A stretch of DNA of 49,183 nt, taken from Verrucomicrobiales bacterium. GTDB lineage: Bacteria > Verrucomicrobiota > Verrucomicrobiia > Verrucomicrobiales > V1-33. The translations under genes and the position numbers were made by a program. Below the pieces are notes generated by a model. It worked only from the letters and a program-made list of their open reading frames with translations. It was not told where the DNA came from and did not search any database. The stretch is taken from positions 1 to 49,183 of the forward strand of contig JANOAV010000167.1 of assembly GCA_031411295.1 (NCBI GenBank), read 5' to 3'. Numbering within the stretch: position 1 is the stretch's first letter; each line of letters starts with the position of its first letter. Below are positions 28,563 through 38,616 of the stretch, piece by piece.

Positions 28563-30689
28563 ATGAAACATACACCTAATGTCATCCTTAGTCTGGCCTT
28601 GGCCATGGCTGGTTCCTTAGTCAACGTTTCAGCGGAGATCTCGCGTGATGAGATTCCCGGGTTCGAGGAAACGCCTCCAAAATTCTTCGGTCTCGGTTCG
28701 CTCAAAATTCCCAAAGCCGCATTACCCCTGCTACCGGAAGGTTCCCGCAATGTTGGGTTGGGCGGCGGTTGTGTGCTCGGAAGTAACGTGCGCATGGATG
28801 GCTGGTGGGAATCCAAGGGGAAGGAAACGGGTTTCGATACTGGTGCGGACAGCACGAATATGATGTTTCTAAGGGCGTTCGAGATAACTCATTTCATGAT
28901 CGAAATGGCCCCGGTGGCGACATCCGATGAGCCTCCGCATTTGGCGGAATTTGAAGTTTCACTAGGCATGGAAGGACATACCGCGGAACGCTTAGAATTT
29001 TCGCCCAAAGCTATTTGGAGCTCCAATCCATCTGCGGCCTTTCCCGCTTCTAACGCTGTGGATTGTTTACCTGGAACAGGATGGCGCCCCGAAGATCCAA
29101 CGAAAGGAGCCTTCGCCATCTTCGTGCTCACGAAACCGATTCAACATGAAATTAGCCGTTTCAAAACCGCTGCTAACTCTCACTACGTGCTGCATGTGAA
29201 ATTCACAGGCCAAGGCGAGAAACCTATCAGCGGCCACTACCGGGCCACTGCGATTTATTCCCAGCAAGCCGCCGCAGCAGCACAGAGCCCCGGTTACAAT
29301 GACTATTTTCCTCCTCCGGCGGTGCCGATAGCCGGGGCCACGGAAGCGTATTTTCAGCAGACCAAACGAACGCATGTTCATCGTTTTGTGGAAATAAGGC
29401 CAGACGAGACCGGTCGTTTCCGGCAAGTTGATCATGCACTGGCTGCGGCCACCCAGGCTGGTGTAACCAGTTTGCATTTCGTTCCCCGTAGTCTGCAGGG
29501 GGAGAACGTGAACCGGGATACCCAGAAGCCTTATCCGCCGGTCGCTGCGCTAATTGACGAGATCCAACGACTCCAAGCGATGGGCCACACTACGGCGGAG
29601 GAAAATTTCCAACGGGTGCTGCAGATAGCTGGTTTGTTTCAGCGCATCAACTTTGCCGACGTTTTCAAACAACGCGACATGCGCCAGATGTTGGAAAGGC
29701 AATCACGAGCAGACAATCCATCGGCTGAAGCGCTGCGGACCATGTTGGCAGAGATTTATCGCATTCACCCCGCCCCATTACTGTGGTTGGAATTATGCGA
29801 ACAGTGGCGCGTCTGGGACGAAACCCATCTTGCCGCCGGTCAGCAAATTAGCGAGTCGGAACTGGCGAGATTCCGCTTCGGACCAGCCAGCAGCAAGGGA
29901 TTACGCGTGGCGATGGAGCTTTCGCCCACGGCACCCGATTACCGCAATGGGACCTCCGTGGAGCGCACGTTTGTTTTCCATAACAGCGGCTCAGCCACCA
30001 TTGAGGTGCGAGTGCCCTGTGAGGAACGGGAGTTCAGCGGTTTTCTCTGGAACAGACTAGTGCAGCTGGCTCCAGGTCAAATCTGCCGCATGCCGACCAC
30101 TCCCTTGGTTATCAGTGAAGCCATCCATGGGCCGCAACTCAAACAAGCTGCGGCATCTGAGGCGCTAGAAACAAAGTTACCGATCACCCGTTCTTGGTCC
30201 GTCACAGCAGACGGACTCTGGTTTGCCAATAAAGTAGAGCACGCCCTGGAGCTAACCACCGCAGCAACCGAGTATCAGGTAAGCTTTGCTGATCCTGCCA
30301 AGGTGCCGCTCGCGTCTGCGAATGCACCAGGAACGTATTTGCTGGCTCCCGGGATAAATCTCATCACCTCTCGACTCGCTTCCGCTGAAGGGACTATCGC
30401 CAACGAAGGTAGGATCGAATGGTTTACGAACGATCCTAAATCTGGAGGAAAACAATCCGGATTGCGAACTGCCACGGTGGGCTTGGCGGCTGGGGTCAAT
30501 AGCTATGAAATAATCTGGCCAACAGGTGGAGCGCAGCTCTGGATCAAAGAGGCAGCGGGCGTGCGGCGGTTGGATTTCTCCACCGGAAAACTTCAGGAGC
30601 AGCATTGGAATTGGCAGGAGCAAGCACTAGTCATCGCCCCGGCCAACATCAAAGCGCGGTTAACACCACCTGAGGCCACTCCGAATTAA
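28563..30689 (+). CDS. secreted multidomain hypothetical protein
   Basis: Signal peptide MKHTPNVILSLALAMAGSLVNVSA, with discoidin-like, ExbD-C-like and Ig-like segments recognised by eye. Confidence 0.7.
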   Translation: MKHTPNVILSLALAMAGSLVNVSAEISRDEIPGFEETPPKFFGLGSLKIPKAALPLLPEGSRNVGLGGGCVLGSNVRMDGWWESKGKETGFDTGADSTNMMFLRAFEITHFMIEMAPVATSDEPPHLAEFEVSLGMEGHTAERLEFSPKAIWSSNPSAAFPASNAVDCLPGTGWRPEDPTKGAFAIFVLTKPIQHEISRFKTAANSHYVLHVKFTGQGEKPISGHYRATAIYSQQAAAAAQSPGYNDYFPPPAVPIAGATEAYFQQTKRTHVHRFVEIRPDETGRFRQVDHALAAATQAGVTSLHFVPRSLQGENVNRDTQKPYPPVAALIDEIQRLQAMGHTTAEENFQRVLQIAGLFQRINFADVFKQRDMRQMLERQSRADNPSAEALRTMLAEIYRIHPAPLLWLELCEQWRVWDETHLAAGQQISESELARFRFGPASSKGLRVAMELSPTAPDYRNGTSVERTFVFHNSGSATIEVRVPCEEREFSGFLWNRLVQLAPGQICRMPTTPLVISEAIHGPQLKQAAASEALETKLPITRSWSVTADGLWFANKVEHALELTTAATEYQVSFADPAKVPLASANAPGTYLLAPGINLITSRLASAEGTIANEGRIEWFTNDPKSGGKQSGLRTATVGLAAGVNSYEIIWPTGGAQLWIKEAAGVRRLDFSTGKLQEQHWNWQEQALVIAPANIKARLTPPEATPN

Positions 30690-30786
30690 GCTCATAAACC
30701 TCGCATGAACCATTAGGCCAACCAGCCGAGAAGGCGTGAGCACTAAGTCTTGTGAAATGGTTTCCGAGCGCGTAACACAGAGGCAC

Positions 30787-32286
30787 ATGAATCGGATGCT
30801 TATTTCACTAACTAAATGGTGCTCGCTGGCTTTGCTCTTTTGCGGAACCACGTTAAGCGCAGCAAACGCCGCAGCCCCTAAAACCAATGTTGTCTTCTTT
30901 CTGGTGGACGATCTGGGGCAGCGGGATCTGGGCTGCTATGGGAGCACATTTTACGAGACTCCTAACATTGATCGATTGGCCAAGGAGGGCGCTAGATTCA
31001 CCAGTGCCTATGCGGCCTGTCCGGTATGCTCTCCGACGCGCGCCAGCCTGATGACAGGCCAGTGGCCGCAGCGCACAGGGATCACGGACTATATCGGGGC
31101 TCCCATCAATCCCCAGGACTGGAAGCGCAATACGCCTTCCCTGCCAGCGACCTATGCCGACCGGCTCTCGCTGGATGCGCCCACCTTGGCCAAGGCCATG
31201 AAGCGTGCGGGCTATGCCACCTTCTTTGCCGGGAAATGGCATCTGGGCCCGGAGGGTTGGTGGCCGGAGAATCAAGGTTTCGATATCAACATGGGAGGGG
31301 TGGATCGGGGCGGACCCTACGGCGGCAAGAAATATTTTTCGCCCTACGACAATCCACGCCTGAGCGACGGGCCGGAGGGCGAACACCTGCCGGACCGATT
31401 GGCCACGGAGACCGCGAAATTTATCGAAGCCAACAAAGACCAGCCGTTCTTCGCTTACTTCTCATTTTATTCCGTCCACACGCCGTTGATGGCGCGCGAG
31501 GATTTGCTCAAGAAGTATCAGGCCAAGCGCACTCAGCTGGGGCTCAAGGAAAAGTGGGGTCGCGAAGAACCACGTGATGTCAGATTAGTGCAGGAACACG
31601 CGGTCTATGCCGCCATGGTGGAAGCCATGGATCAGGCGGTGGGGAAGGTGCTGAAGAAACTGGATGACCTTGGTCTGCGCGAGAACACGCTGGTCATTTT
31701 CACCAGTGATAATGGCGGCCTCTCGACCAGTGAAGGCTGGCCCACCTCGAATCTGCCGCTCCGCGGTGGCAAGGGATGGATGTATGAAGGAGGGATCCGC
31801 GAGCCACTGGTGGTTCGCTGGCCCGCCAAGGTGAAGCCGGGATCCGTCATGGATACGCCGGTGAGCAGTCCCGATTTCTTCCCGACGCTGCTTGATGCTG
31901 CAGGAGCGAAACCTGAAGCCGGGCAAGTGCTGGATGGCGTCAGCCTGCTCCCTGTCTTTAATGGTGGCACCCTAAGCGAACGCGCCCTGTTCTGGCACTA
32001 CCCTCACTATGGTAATCAAGGCGGAGCGCCCGCTGCCGCCATCCGTCGGGGAGATTTCAAACTCATCGAATGGCTGGAAGATGGCCGCACGGAGCTGTTC
32101 AATGTCACGCAGGATCTTGGTGAGCAAACGGATCTGGCGACCAAGCACCCCGAACAGGTGACCCTACTGCGCGATGAACTTCACGCCTGGCAAAAACAAG
32201 TGGGAGCCAAGTTTCCCACCCCAAATCCAAACTACGACAAGAACAAGCAGAATGGTCGTGCGGCTGCGCGCCCGGCCAGCAAGTGA
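30787..32286 (+). CDS. sulfatase (formylglycine-dependent, Cys-type)
   Basis: NVVFFLVDDLG, CSPTRASLMTG, GKWHLG, FTSDNGG and GKGWMYEGGIR. Confidence 0.95.
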   Translation: MNRMLISLTKWCSLALLFCGTTLSAANAAAPKTNVVFFLVDDLGQRDLGCYGSTFYETPNIDRLAKEGARFTSAYAACPVCSPTRASLMTGQWPQRTGITDYIGAPINPQDWKRNTPSLPATYADRLSLDAPTLAKAMKRAGYATFFAGKWHLGPEGWWPENQGFDINMGGVDRGGPYGGKKYFSPYDNPRLSDGPEGEHLPDRLATETAKFIEANKDQPFFAYFSFYSVHTPLMAREDLLKKYQAKRTQLGLKEKWGREEPRDVRLVQEHAVYAAMVEAMDQAVGKVLKKLDDLGLRENTLVIFTSDNGGLSTSEGWPTSNLPLRGGKGWMYEGGIREPLVVRWPAKVKPGSVMDTPVSSPDFFPTLLDAAGAKPEAGQVLDGVSLLPVFNGGTLSERALFWHYPHYGNQGGAPAAAIRRGDFKLIEWLEDGRTELFNVTQDLGEQTDLATKHPEQVTLLRDELHAWQKQVGAKFPTPNPNYDKNKQNGRAAARPASK

Positions 32287-32303
32287 TACGACTTTCCAAC
32301 GCC

Positions 32304-33827
32304 ATGAAAATTCTCCTCACACTATCCGCGCTCATTTGCCTTCCCATCAATCACGCCTTGGCGGAAACGAAAAAGCCGAACGTTCTGTTTATCGCGATCG
32401 ATGATCAGAACGACTGGATCGGGCATCTGGGCGGGCATCCGATGGCGAAGACGCCCAACTTGGACAAGTTAGCCGCCCGCGGCACCACGTTCCTCAACGC
32501 CCATTGCAATGCCCCACTCTGCAATCCTTCGCGCACCAGTCTCTTGTTAGGTTTACGACCGACTACGACGGGAATTTACGGACTGGCCCCGTGGTTTCGC
32601 ACGCTGCCAGCATGGAAAGATCGCGTGGCGCTCCCACAACATTTCGCGAATAACGGATACCGCACGGCCGCCACCGGTAAAATTTATCATGGTGGCACTG
32701 GCGGTGGCGCCAAAGGCCAAGGCAAAGGTAAAGCCAAGGCCGCAGGCGAAAACGCACCGGAGTTCCAAGTCAGTGGACCAGCGGGCGGCGTGGGCACCAA
32801 GCCACCGCACAAGCTCATTCCCGCCACACCCATGGGCAACAATCCGCTCATGGACTGGGGCGTGTGGCCGCTGGATAATGATGATACCGGCAAGGGCGAT
32901 TACCAAGTAGCCAGTTGGACGATTGATCAAATCAAGACGGCTCCCAAGGAACAACCGTTCTTTCTAGCCGCCGGATTCTTCCTGCCTCACGTGCCCTGTT
33001 ACGCGACCCAGAAGTGGTTCGATCTTTACCCCGATGATGACAGTGTGCTGCCGAAGATCCTCGAAGATGATCGCGCAGACACCCCGCGTTTCTCGTGGTA
33101 TCTCCATTGGGAACTGCCGGAGCCCCGCTTGCCATGGATCAAGGAAAATCATCAGTGGCGCAATCTGGTCCGCAGCTATCTGGCCTGCACCAGCTTCGTG
33201 GATGCGCAAGTGGGTCGCTTGCTCACCGCACTGGATGAGGCCGGCTTAGCCGAAAATACGATCATCGTGCTCTGGGGCGATCACGGTTGGCATTTGGGCG
33301 AGAAAGGCATCACGGGCAAGAACACGCTCTGGGATCGTGGCACCAAAGTCCCGCTGATCTTTGCCGGTCCCGGCATCAAGGCCAGTCAGCGTTGCGCGCA
33401 ACCCGCAGAGTTGTTGGACATTTACCCCACGCTGATTGAATTGGCCAACCTCCCCGCCCGCACTGACTTGGAAGGGCTAAGCCTCATGCCGCAACTCAAG
33501 GACGCCGCAACGAAACGAGATCGCCCCGCCGTGACCAGCCATAATCAAGGAAACCACGGCGTGCGCAGCGAGCGCTGGCGCTACATTCACTACGCGGACA
33601 ACACCGAGGAACTCTACGATATGAAGAACGATCCTAACGAATGGCATAACGTAGCCGCCGTCCCAGCAAACGCCGCCGTCATTGGCGAACTCAAAAAGTG
33701 GCTCCCAAAAATCGACGTCCCCCCAGCCGCCGGCAGCGCCAGCCGCGTGCTCACCTACGACAAGGAAACCGACGAAGCCATCTGGGAAGGCAAGACCGTC
33801 AAGCGAGGCGATCCGATTCCGGAGTAA
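32304..33827 (+). CDS. sulfatase (iduronate-2-/choline-sulfatase-like)
   Basis: PNVLFIAIDD, CNPSRTSLLLG, GKIYH and GDHGWHLGEK. An alternative GTG start at 32283 overlaps the upstream stop. Confidence 0.95.
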   Translation: MKILLTLSALICLPINHALAETKKPNVLFIAIDDQNDWIGHLGGHPMAKTPNLDKLAARGTTFLNAHCNAPLCNPSRTSLLLGLRPTTTGIYGLAPWFRTLPAWKDRVALPQHFANNGYRTAATGKIYHGGTGGGAKGQGKGKAKAAGENAPEFQVSGPAGGVGTKPPHKLIPATPMGNNPLMDWGVWPLDNDDTGKGDYQVASWTIDQIKTAPKEQPFFLAAGFFLPHVPCYATQKWFDLYPDDDSVLPKILEDDRADTPRFSWYLHWELPEPRLPWIKENHQWRNLVRSYLACTSFVDAQVGRLLTALDEAGLAENTIIVLWGDHGWHLGEKGITGKNTLWDRGTKVPLIFAGPGIKASQRCAQPAELLDIYPTLIELANLPARTDLEGLSLMPQLKDAATKRDRPAVTSHNQGNHGVRSERWRYIHYADNTEELYDMKNDPNEWHNVAAVPANAAVIGELKKWLPKIDVPPAAGSASRVLTYDKETDEAIWEGKTVKRGDPIPE

Positions 33828-33923
33828 CTGGGAGTGGCGCGACGCTGTCCGCCATTCGATCCCGCAGCGACGGCCATGGCACGGTGGTGCGTTGAAATGG
33901 CGGAGAGACTCCGCCACTCCCAG
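33828..33923. repeat. REPIN-like inverted repeat pair (copy 2)
   Basis: CTGGGAGTGGCGCGACGCTGTCCGCCATT ... AATGGCGGAGAGACTCCGCCACTCCCAG. Same arm family as 32-132, with an unrelated spacer. Confidence 0.85.
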
Positions 33924-34033
33924 CCAGAACCCGAATCCATCATCTCGCAAAAAGATAGTCTTGCCAGCACGCACCAGACCACATTCAATGGCGTCTTCGA
34001 TCTCCTTCTGCAGGACGCCTCGTCCTTTTACCA

Positions 34034-35458
34034 ATGAAATTCACTAGACGCCTCCTCTCCCTCCTCGTCCTGATAACCCTCACAGGTCGCAGCGGGGCTG
34101 TGCAGCCGAATCTCATTTGGATTCTGGCGGATGACCTGGGGTATGCGGAACTTGGTTGTTACGGGCAGCGCGTGATTGCGACGCCGAACTTGGATCGCAT
34201 GGCCAAGGAGGGGATGCGATTTACCCAGTTCTATGCAGGGGCTACGGTCTGCGCGCCCTCTCGCAGTGTGCTGATGACAGGCCTGCACCATGGCCACACG
34301 CGGGTGCGCGGAAATGCGGGTCAGCGCAATCCCACCGCGCAGGCGTTGCAGGCGGGCGACATCACGGTTGCCAGTGTCTTGCAGAAGGCGGGCTATAAGA
34401 CGGCTCTGTTCGGCAAATGGGGTTTGGGAAATGTTGGCGAAGCGGAATCGGGGCTCCCGCGCAAACAGGGGTTCGACACCTTCTTTGGTTACCTGAATCA
34501 ACACCATGCGCACAATCATTATCCCGATTACCTTTGGCGAAATGAGAGCAAGGAGACGCTGCCAAATGTGGTGAAAGCGGACGGTGACGAAGGCGGCGGT
34601 TACGCTACGGAGGCGAAAGTTTATGCGGATGATCTCTTTGCCGATGAAGCCTTGAAGTTTGTCAGTGAAAATAAAGCCCATCCGTTCTTCCTTTACTGGA
34701 GCATGGTCGTGCCCCATGCCAACAACGAACGAACCCGAATCCTGGGGGATGGCGCGGAAGTGCCGGACTACGGTCCCTACGAGGAGAAAGACTGGCCCAA
34801 GCAGGACAAAGGCCAGGCCGCCATGATTACCCGGCTCGACAGTTATGTCGGCCGGATGTTGATACACTTGGATGATCTGGGGTTGGCTAAAAACACGCTG
34901 GTCATCTTCACCAGTGACAACGGTCCGCACGATGAGAGTAACCACGACCTAACGCGATTCAATCCTGCCGGACCGTTCTCGGGCATCAAACGCAGCCTGA
35001 CAGATGGCGGCATTCGCGTGCCGTTCATTGCGTGGTGGCCGGGGAAAGTGAAGCCGGGTGAGTCTGCCCATGTGGGTTATTTCCCTGACTGGTTGCCCAC
35101 GGCTGCGGAACTAGCCGGAGCCACGCCACCGCCAAATCTCGATGGCATCAGTCTTGTGCCGACCCTGTTAGACAAGGAGGTGCCCCAGAAGGCGCATGAG
35201 TTTCTCTATTGGGAATTCCACGAAGGAGGATTCAAGCAGGCGGCGTTGTATCAGGGCCGCTGGAAAGGGATTCGCAGCGGGAGCCCGGATGCTCCAGTGC
35301 ACCTTTTTGATCAAGCCGATGACATCGCAGAGCAGACGAATGTAGCCAGCCAACATCCTGAGATCGTGGAGAAACTGAGCGCTTATCTCAAGACCGCGCG
35401 AGCTGCTTCCGCTGCCTGGGAACCGAAATGGCAGCCCGCCAAGAAAGCTCAAAAGTAA
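34034..35458 (+). CDS. arylsulfatase-family sulfatase
   Basis: PNLIWILADDLG, CAPSRSVLMTG, GKWGLG and FTSDNGP. Confidence 0.95.
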   Translation: MKFTRRLLSLLVLITLTGRSGAVQPNLIWILADDLGYAELGCYGQRVIATPNLDRMAKEGMRFTQFYAGATVCAPSRSVLMTGLHHGHTRVRGNAGQRNPTAQALQAGDITVASVLQKAGYKTALFGKWGLGNVGEAESGLPRKQGFDTFFGYLNQHHAHNHYPDYLWRNESKETLPNVVKADGDEGGGYATEAKVYADDLFADEALKFVSENKAHPFFLYWSMVVPHANNERTRILGDGAEVPDYGPYEEKDWPKQDKGQAAMITRLDSYVGRMLIHLDDLGLAKNTLVIFTSDNGPHDESNHDLTRFNPAGPFSGIKRSLTDGGIRVPFIAWWPGKVKPGESAHVGYFPDWLPTAAELAGATPPPNLDGISLVPTLLDKEVPQKAHEFLYWEFHEGGFKQAALYQGRWKGIRSGSPDAPVHLFDQADDIAEQTNVASQHPEIVEKLSAYLKTARAASAAWEPKWQPAKKAQK

Positions 35459-35491
35459 CCTTCTATTCAAACTGTAATTTACCATCCACCT

Positions 35492-37093
35492 ATGAAACAC
35501 CTCACACTCCTCGCGCTGCTGCTATCAGCCTTCACCATTCCTCAGGCGGCTTCGGCGGCTCCGCCAAACATTCTTTTCATCTACTCGGACGATCATGCCC
35601 AACATGCCATTTCCGCTTATGGATCGAAAGTTAATCAGACGCCTAACATTGACCGAATCGCGAAAGAGGGAACCCGCTTCATCAATTCGTTTGTCAACAA
35701 TTCCATCTGCACCCCGAGTCGCGCGGCGTTGATCACCGGGCAGTATTCGCACATCAACGGAGTCCCTGTCTTCAACAAGATTGACGGCACCCGGGACAAT
35801 GTGGCCAAGCACCTACAAGCCGGCGGCTACTATACCGGCATGATCGGTAAATGGCACTTAGGCTCGGATCCCACGGGCTTCGACCGCTGGATGGTGCTGC
35901 CCGGTCAAGGGGTCTATCAAAACCCCATGTTCCTGATTCCGGGCTTCAAGCTAACGATTGAAGGTCACTGCACAGAAATCACGACCAATCTTGGCCTGGA
36001 GTTCATCAAGACGCGTCCGCAGGAGAAACCCTTCTTTCTCATGCTGCATCAGAAGGCCCCGCATCGGGACTGGCAGCCGGATGCCCGCAACAAAGCGCTC
36101 TTTAAGGACAAGGTCATTCCCGAACCCGCCACCCTGTTCGACGATTACGCCACGCGTCCCACCGCCTTGCCGGCAAATGAACAAACCGTGGCCCGGGATC
36201 TGACCCGCAGGGATTTGAAGCTCGAACCACCCGCTGATCTCAAAGGTCCCGCGCTCAACCAATGGCTGAATTTCAAACCGATGGAACTCACCGTTGATGG
36301 CAAGACCCTGACCGGCAAAGAACTCGTGCAGTGGAAATACCAGCACTACATGCGCGACTATCTGGCATGCGTGCAAGGGGTGGACGATGGCGTGGGCACC
36401 GTGCTAGACTATTTGGAAAGCAGCGGATTGGCGAAGAACACCATCGTTATTTATTCAGCCGACAATGGTTGGTATCTGGGCGATCTGGGCCTCTACGATA
36501 AACGTTTCATGTATGAACCCGGCCTCAATGTGCCGCTGATTGCGCGTGGCCCTGGCATCAAAGCGGGCGGTGTGCCCACGCAGTTTGTTTCCAATCTGGA
36601 TCTGGCGCCCACGTTCCTGGAACTGGCGGGATTGCCAGTGCCGGCTTCCATGCAAGGCCGCTCGCTGGTGCCGTTGCTGCGGGGCGAGGAACCGAAAGAC
36701 TGGCCCACAAGCTTTTACTATCGCTACTATCATTCCCCCGGGCATCACAACACCGCCGCGCATCTGGGAGTGCGCACGGCCACCCATAAGTTGATTTATT
36801 TCTGGGAAAAGAAGGCTTACGAAATGTTCGATCTCACCAAGGATCCCACCGAGCAAAAGAATCTGCTTTTTGGCGATGAAGCCGCCCGCCCGGCGGAAGT
36901 CACAGCCAAGTTCAATGAACTGAAGGCTGAGATCACCCGGTTGCAAAAACATTACAAGGATGACGGCCAATACGCCGATCCTGCGGCCCGCCCCAAAGAC
37001 GATGTCGATGGTCCGTTCAATGCCTATCAACCGCTCGGCATCAAGACCGTTGCTGAAGCCATCAGTGCCACCACGACCACTGCTGCCAAATGA
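35492..37093 (+). CDS. sulfatase (N-acetylglucosamine-6-sulfatase-like)
   Basis: PNILFIYSDD, CTPSRAALITG, GKWHLG, HQKAPHR and DKRFMYE. The substrate is inferred only. Confidence 0.93.
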   Translation: MKHLTLLALLLSAFTIPQAASAAPPNILFIYSDDHAQHAISAYGSKVNQTPNIDRIAKEGTRFINSFVNNSICTPSRAALITGQYSHINGVPVFNKIDGTRDNVAKHLQAGGYYTGMIGKWHLGSDPTGFDRWMVLPGQGVYQNPMFLIPGFKLTIEGHCTEITTNLGLEFIKTRPQEKPFFLMLHQKAPHRDWQPDARNKALFKDKVIPEPATLFDDYATRPTALPANEQTVARDLTRRDLKLEPPADLKGPALNQWLNFKPMELTVDGKTLTGKELVQWKYQHYMRDYLACVQGVDDGVGTVLDYLESSGLAKNTIVIYSADNGWYLGDLGLYDKRFMYEPGLNVPLIARGPGIKAGGVPTQFVSNLDLAPTFLELAGLPVPASMQGRSLVPLLRGEEPKDWPTSFYYRYYHSPGHHNTAAHLGVRTATHKLIYFWEKKAYEMFDLTKDPTEQKNLLFGDEAARPAEVTAKFNELKAEITRLQKHYKDDGQYADPAARPKDDVDGPFNAYQPLGIKTVAEAISATTTTAAK

Positions 37094-38607
37094 AGACCAT
37101 CCGGCTATTACCCCTGCTACTCAGTTGCTTCATCGCCACGGTGGCCACAGGGGCGGAGCGACGCAATGTGCTCTTCCTGATTTCTGATGACCTCAACAAC
37201 TACCTCGGTTGCTATGGCGATCCGCGCGCAAAGACCCCTAACATCGATAAACTCGCAGCCCGCGGGGTGAAGTTTGAGCGATCCTATTGCACCTACCCGC
37301 TCTGTGGGCCGAGTCGGAATTCCCTGCTGACGGGGCTTTATCCTAACAGCACCGGAATCCTCACGAATTCGCAAATTTTCCGCCAGAGCATTCCCGCGCA
37401 ACGCAGCCTCTCCCAAGTCTTCCGGCTGGAAGGATACTTTGCGGCTCGGATTGGGAAACTGTATCATTTTAATGTCCCGAACTCTATCGGCACCGACGGG
37501 CATGACGATCCTGCTTCCTGGGAGTTGGCGTTGAATCCCGCGGGGGTGGATCGCCTGGAGGAAATGCCGAAGATCACCACCCTAACACCAGGTCAGTATG
37601 GCGGAACGTTGAGCTGGTATGCCTCGCCCAAGCGCGACGAAGAGCATACGGACGGACACATGGCGGCCGATGCAGAGTGGGTGTTGGAACGCTGCGCGAA
37701 ACAGAAGCAGCGTCCGTTCTTTCTCGCAGTTGGTTTCTTCCGACCCCACACGCCGTATGTTTCCCCGAAGTCACCTTACTTCGACCTCTACCCGGAAGCG
37801 GACATGCCCGTGGTGCAAGGCGTCAAGGAAGATCAAGCCGATATCCCGCCCGCCGCGCTCGGGAGCTATAAAAAGGAGCAGGACAAACTGACCGACGACC
37901 TGCGTCGCCAAGCGCTACAAGGATATTACGCCAGCATCAGTTTCATGGACGCCCAGGTTGGTCGCGTTGTGAATGCCCTGGACCGACTGGGATTGGCGGA
38001 GAACACGGTCATTGTCTTCACTAGTGATCATGGTTATCACATGGGGGAACATGGGTTGTGGCAGAAACAAAGTTTGTTTGAAGGCAGTTCCCGCGTGCCG
38101 CTGTTGATCGTGGCTCCGGGCGTAACGCAGAAAGGCACGGTGGCGAAATCTCCTGTTAGTCATTTAGATTTGTTTCCCACGCTCACCGAACTGGCGGGGA
38201 TAAAAGCTCCGGCCAACATCCAAGGTCAAAGCCTGGTGCCAATGCTGAAGGACACCTCTGTGAAAGGTCGGGGCTGGGCCCTGACGCAAGTTCAGCGTGG
38301 CGGAAATTTCAATCGACAGGGAGCCTCGCCCGCTCAGGCGGACAAAGGAAAAGCGTTCTTCGGATACAGCCTGCGCACCGCACGGTATCGTTACACCGAA
38401 TGGAATGAAGGCGCGGCCGGACGTGAACTTTATGATCACGAGAACGATCCAGGAGAAATTACCAACTTGGCGGAGAAACCAGAGCACGCAGCCACCGTGG
38501 CGGATTTATCCACACAAATCCGCTCTGCAGTGAAGACCACATTTCCCGCCGACGGCAAAACACCCGAGGTCAAGGAAGGCCTCTGGGCGCCTAATCTGAC
38601 GGACTAA
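37090..38607 (+). CDS. sulfatase (iduronate-2-sulfatase-like)
   Basis: NVLFLISDDL, CGPSRNSLLTG, GKLYH, RPHTP and SDHGYHMGEH. ATGA overlap with the upstream gene. Confidence 0.95.
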   Translation: MKTIRLLPLLLSCFIATVATGAERRNVLFLISDDLNNYLGCYGDPRAKTPNIDKLAARGVKFERSYCTYPLCGPSRNSLLTGLYPNSTGILTNSQIFRQSIPAQRSLSQVFRLEGYFAARIGKLYHFNVPNSIGTDGHDDPASWELALNPAGVDRLEEMPKITTLTPGQYGGTLSWYASPKRDEEHTDGHMAADAEWVLERCAKQKQRPFFLAVGFFRPHTPYVSPKSPYFDLYPEADMPVVQGVKEDQADIPPAALGSYKKEQDKLTDDLRRQALQGYYASISFMDAQVGRVVNALDRLGLAENTVIVFTSDHGYHMGEHGLWQKQSLFEGSSRVPLLIVAPGVTQKGTVAKSPVSHLDLFPTLTELAGIKAPANIQGQSLVPMLKDTSVKGRGWALTQVQRGGNFNRQGASPAQADKGKAFFGYSLRTARYRYTEWNEGAAGRELYDHENDPGEITNLAEKPEHAATVADLSTQIRSAVKTTFPADGKTPEVKEGLWAPNLTD

Positions 38608-38616
38608 ATTTCGCCC

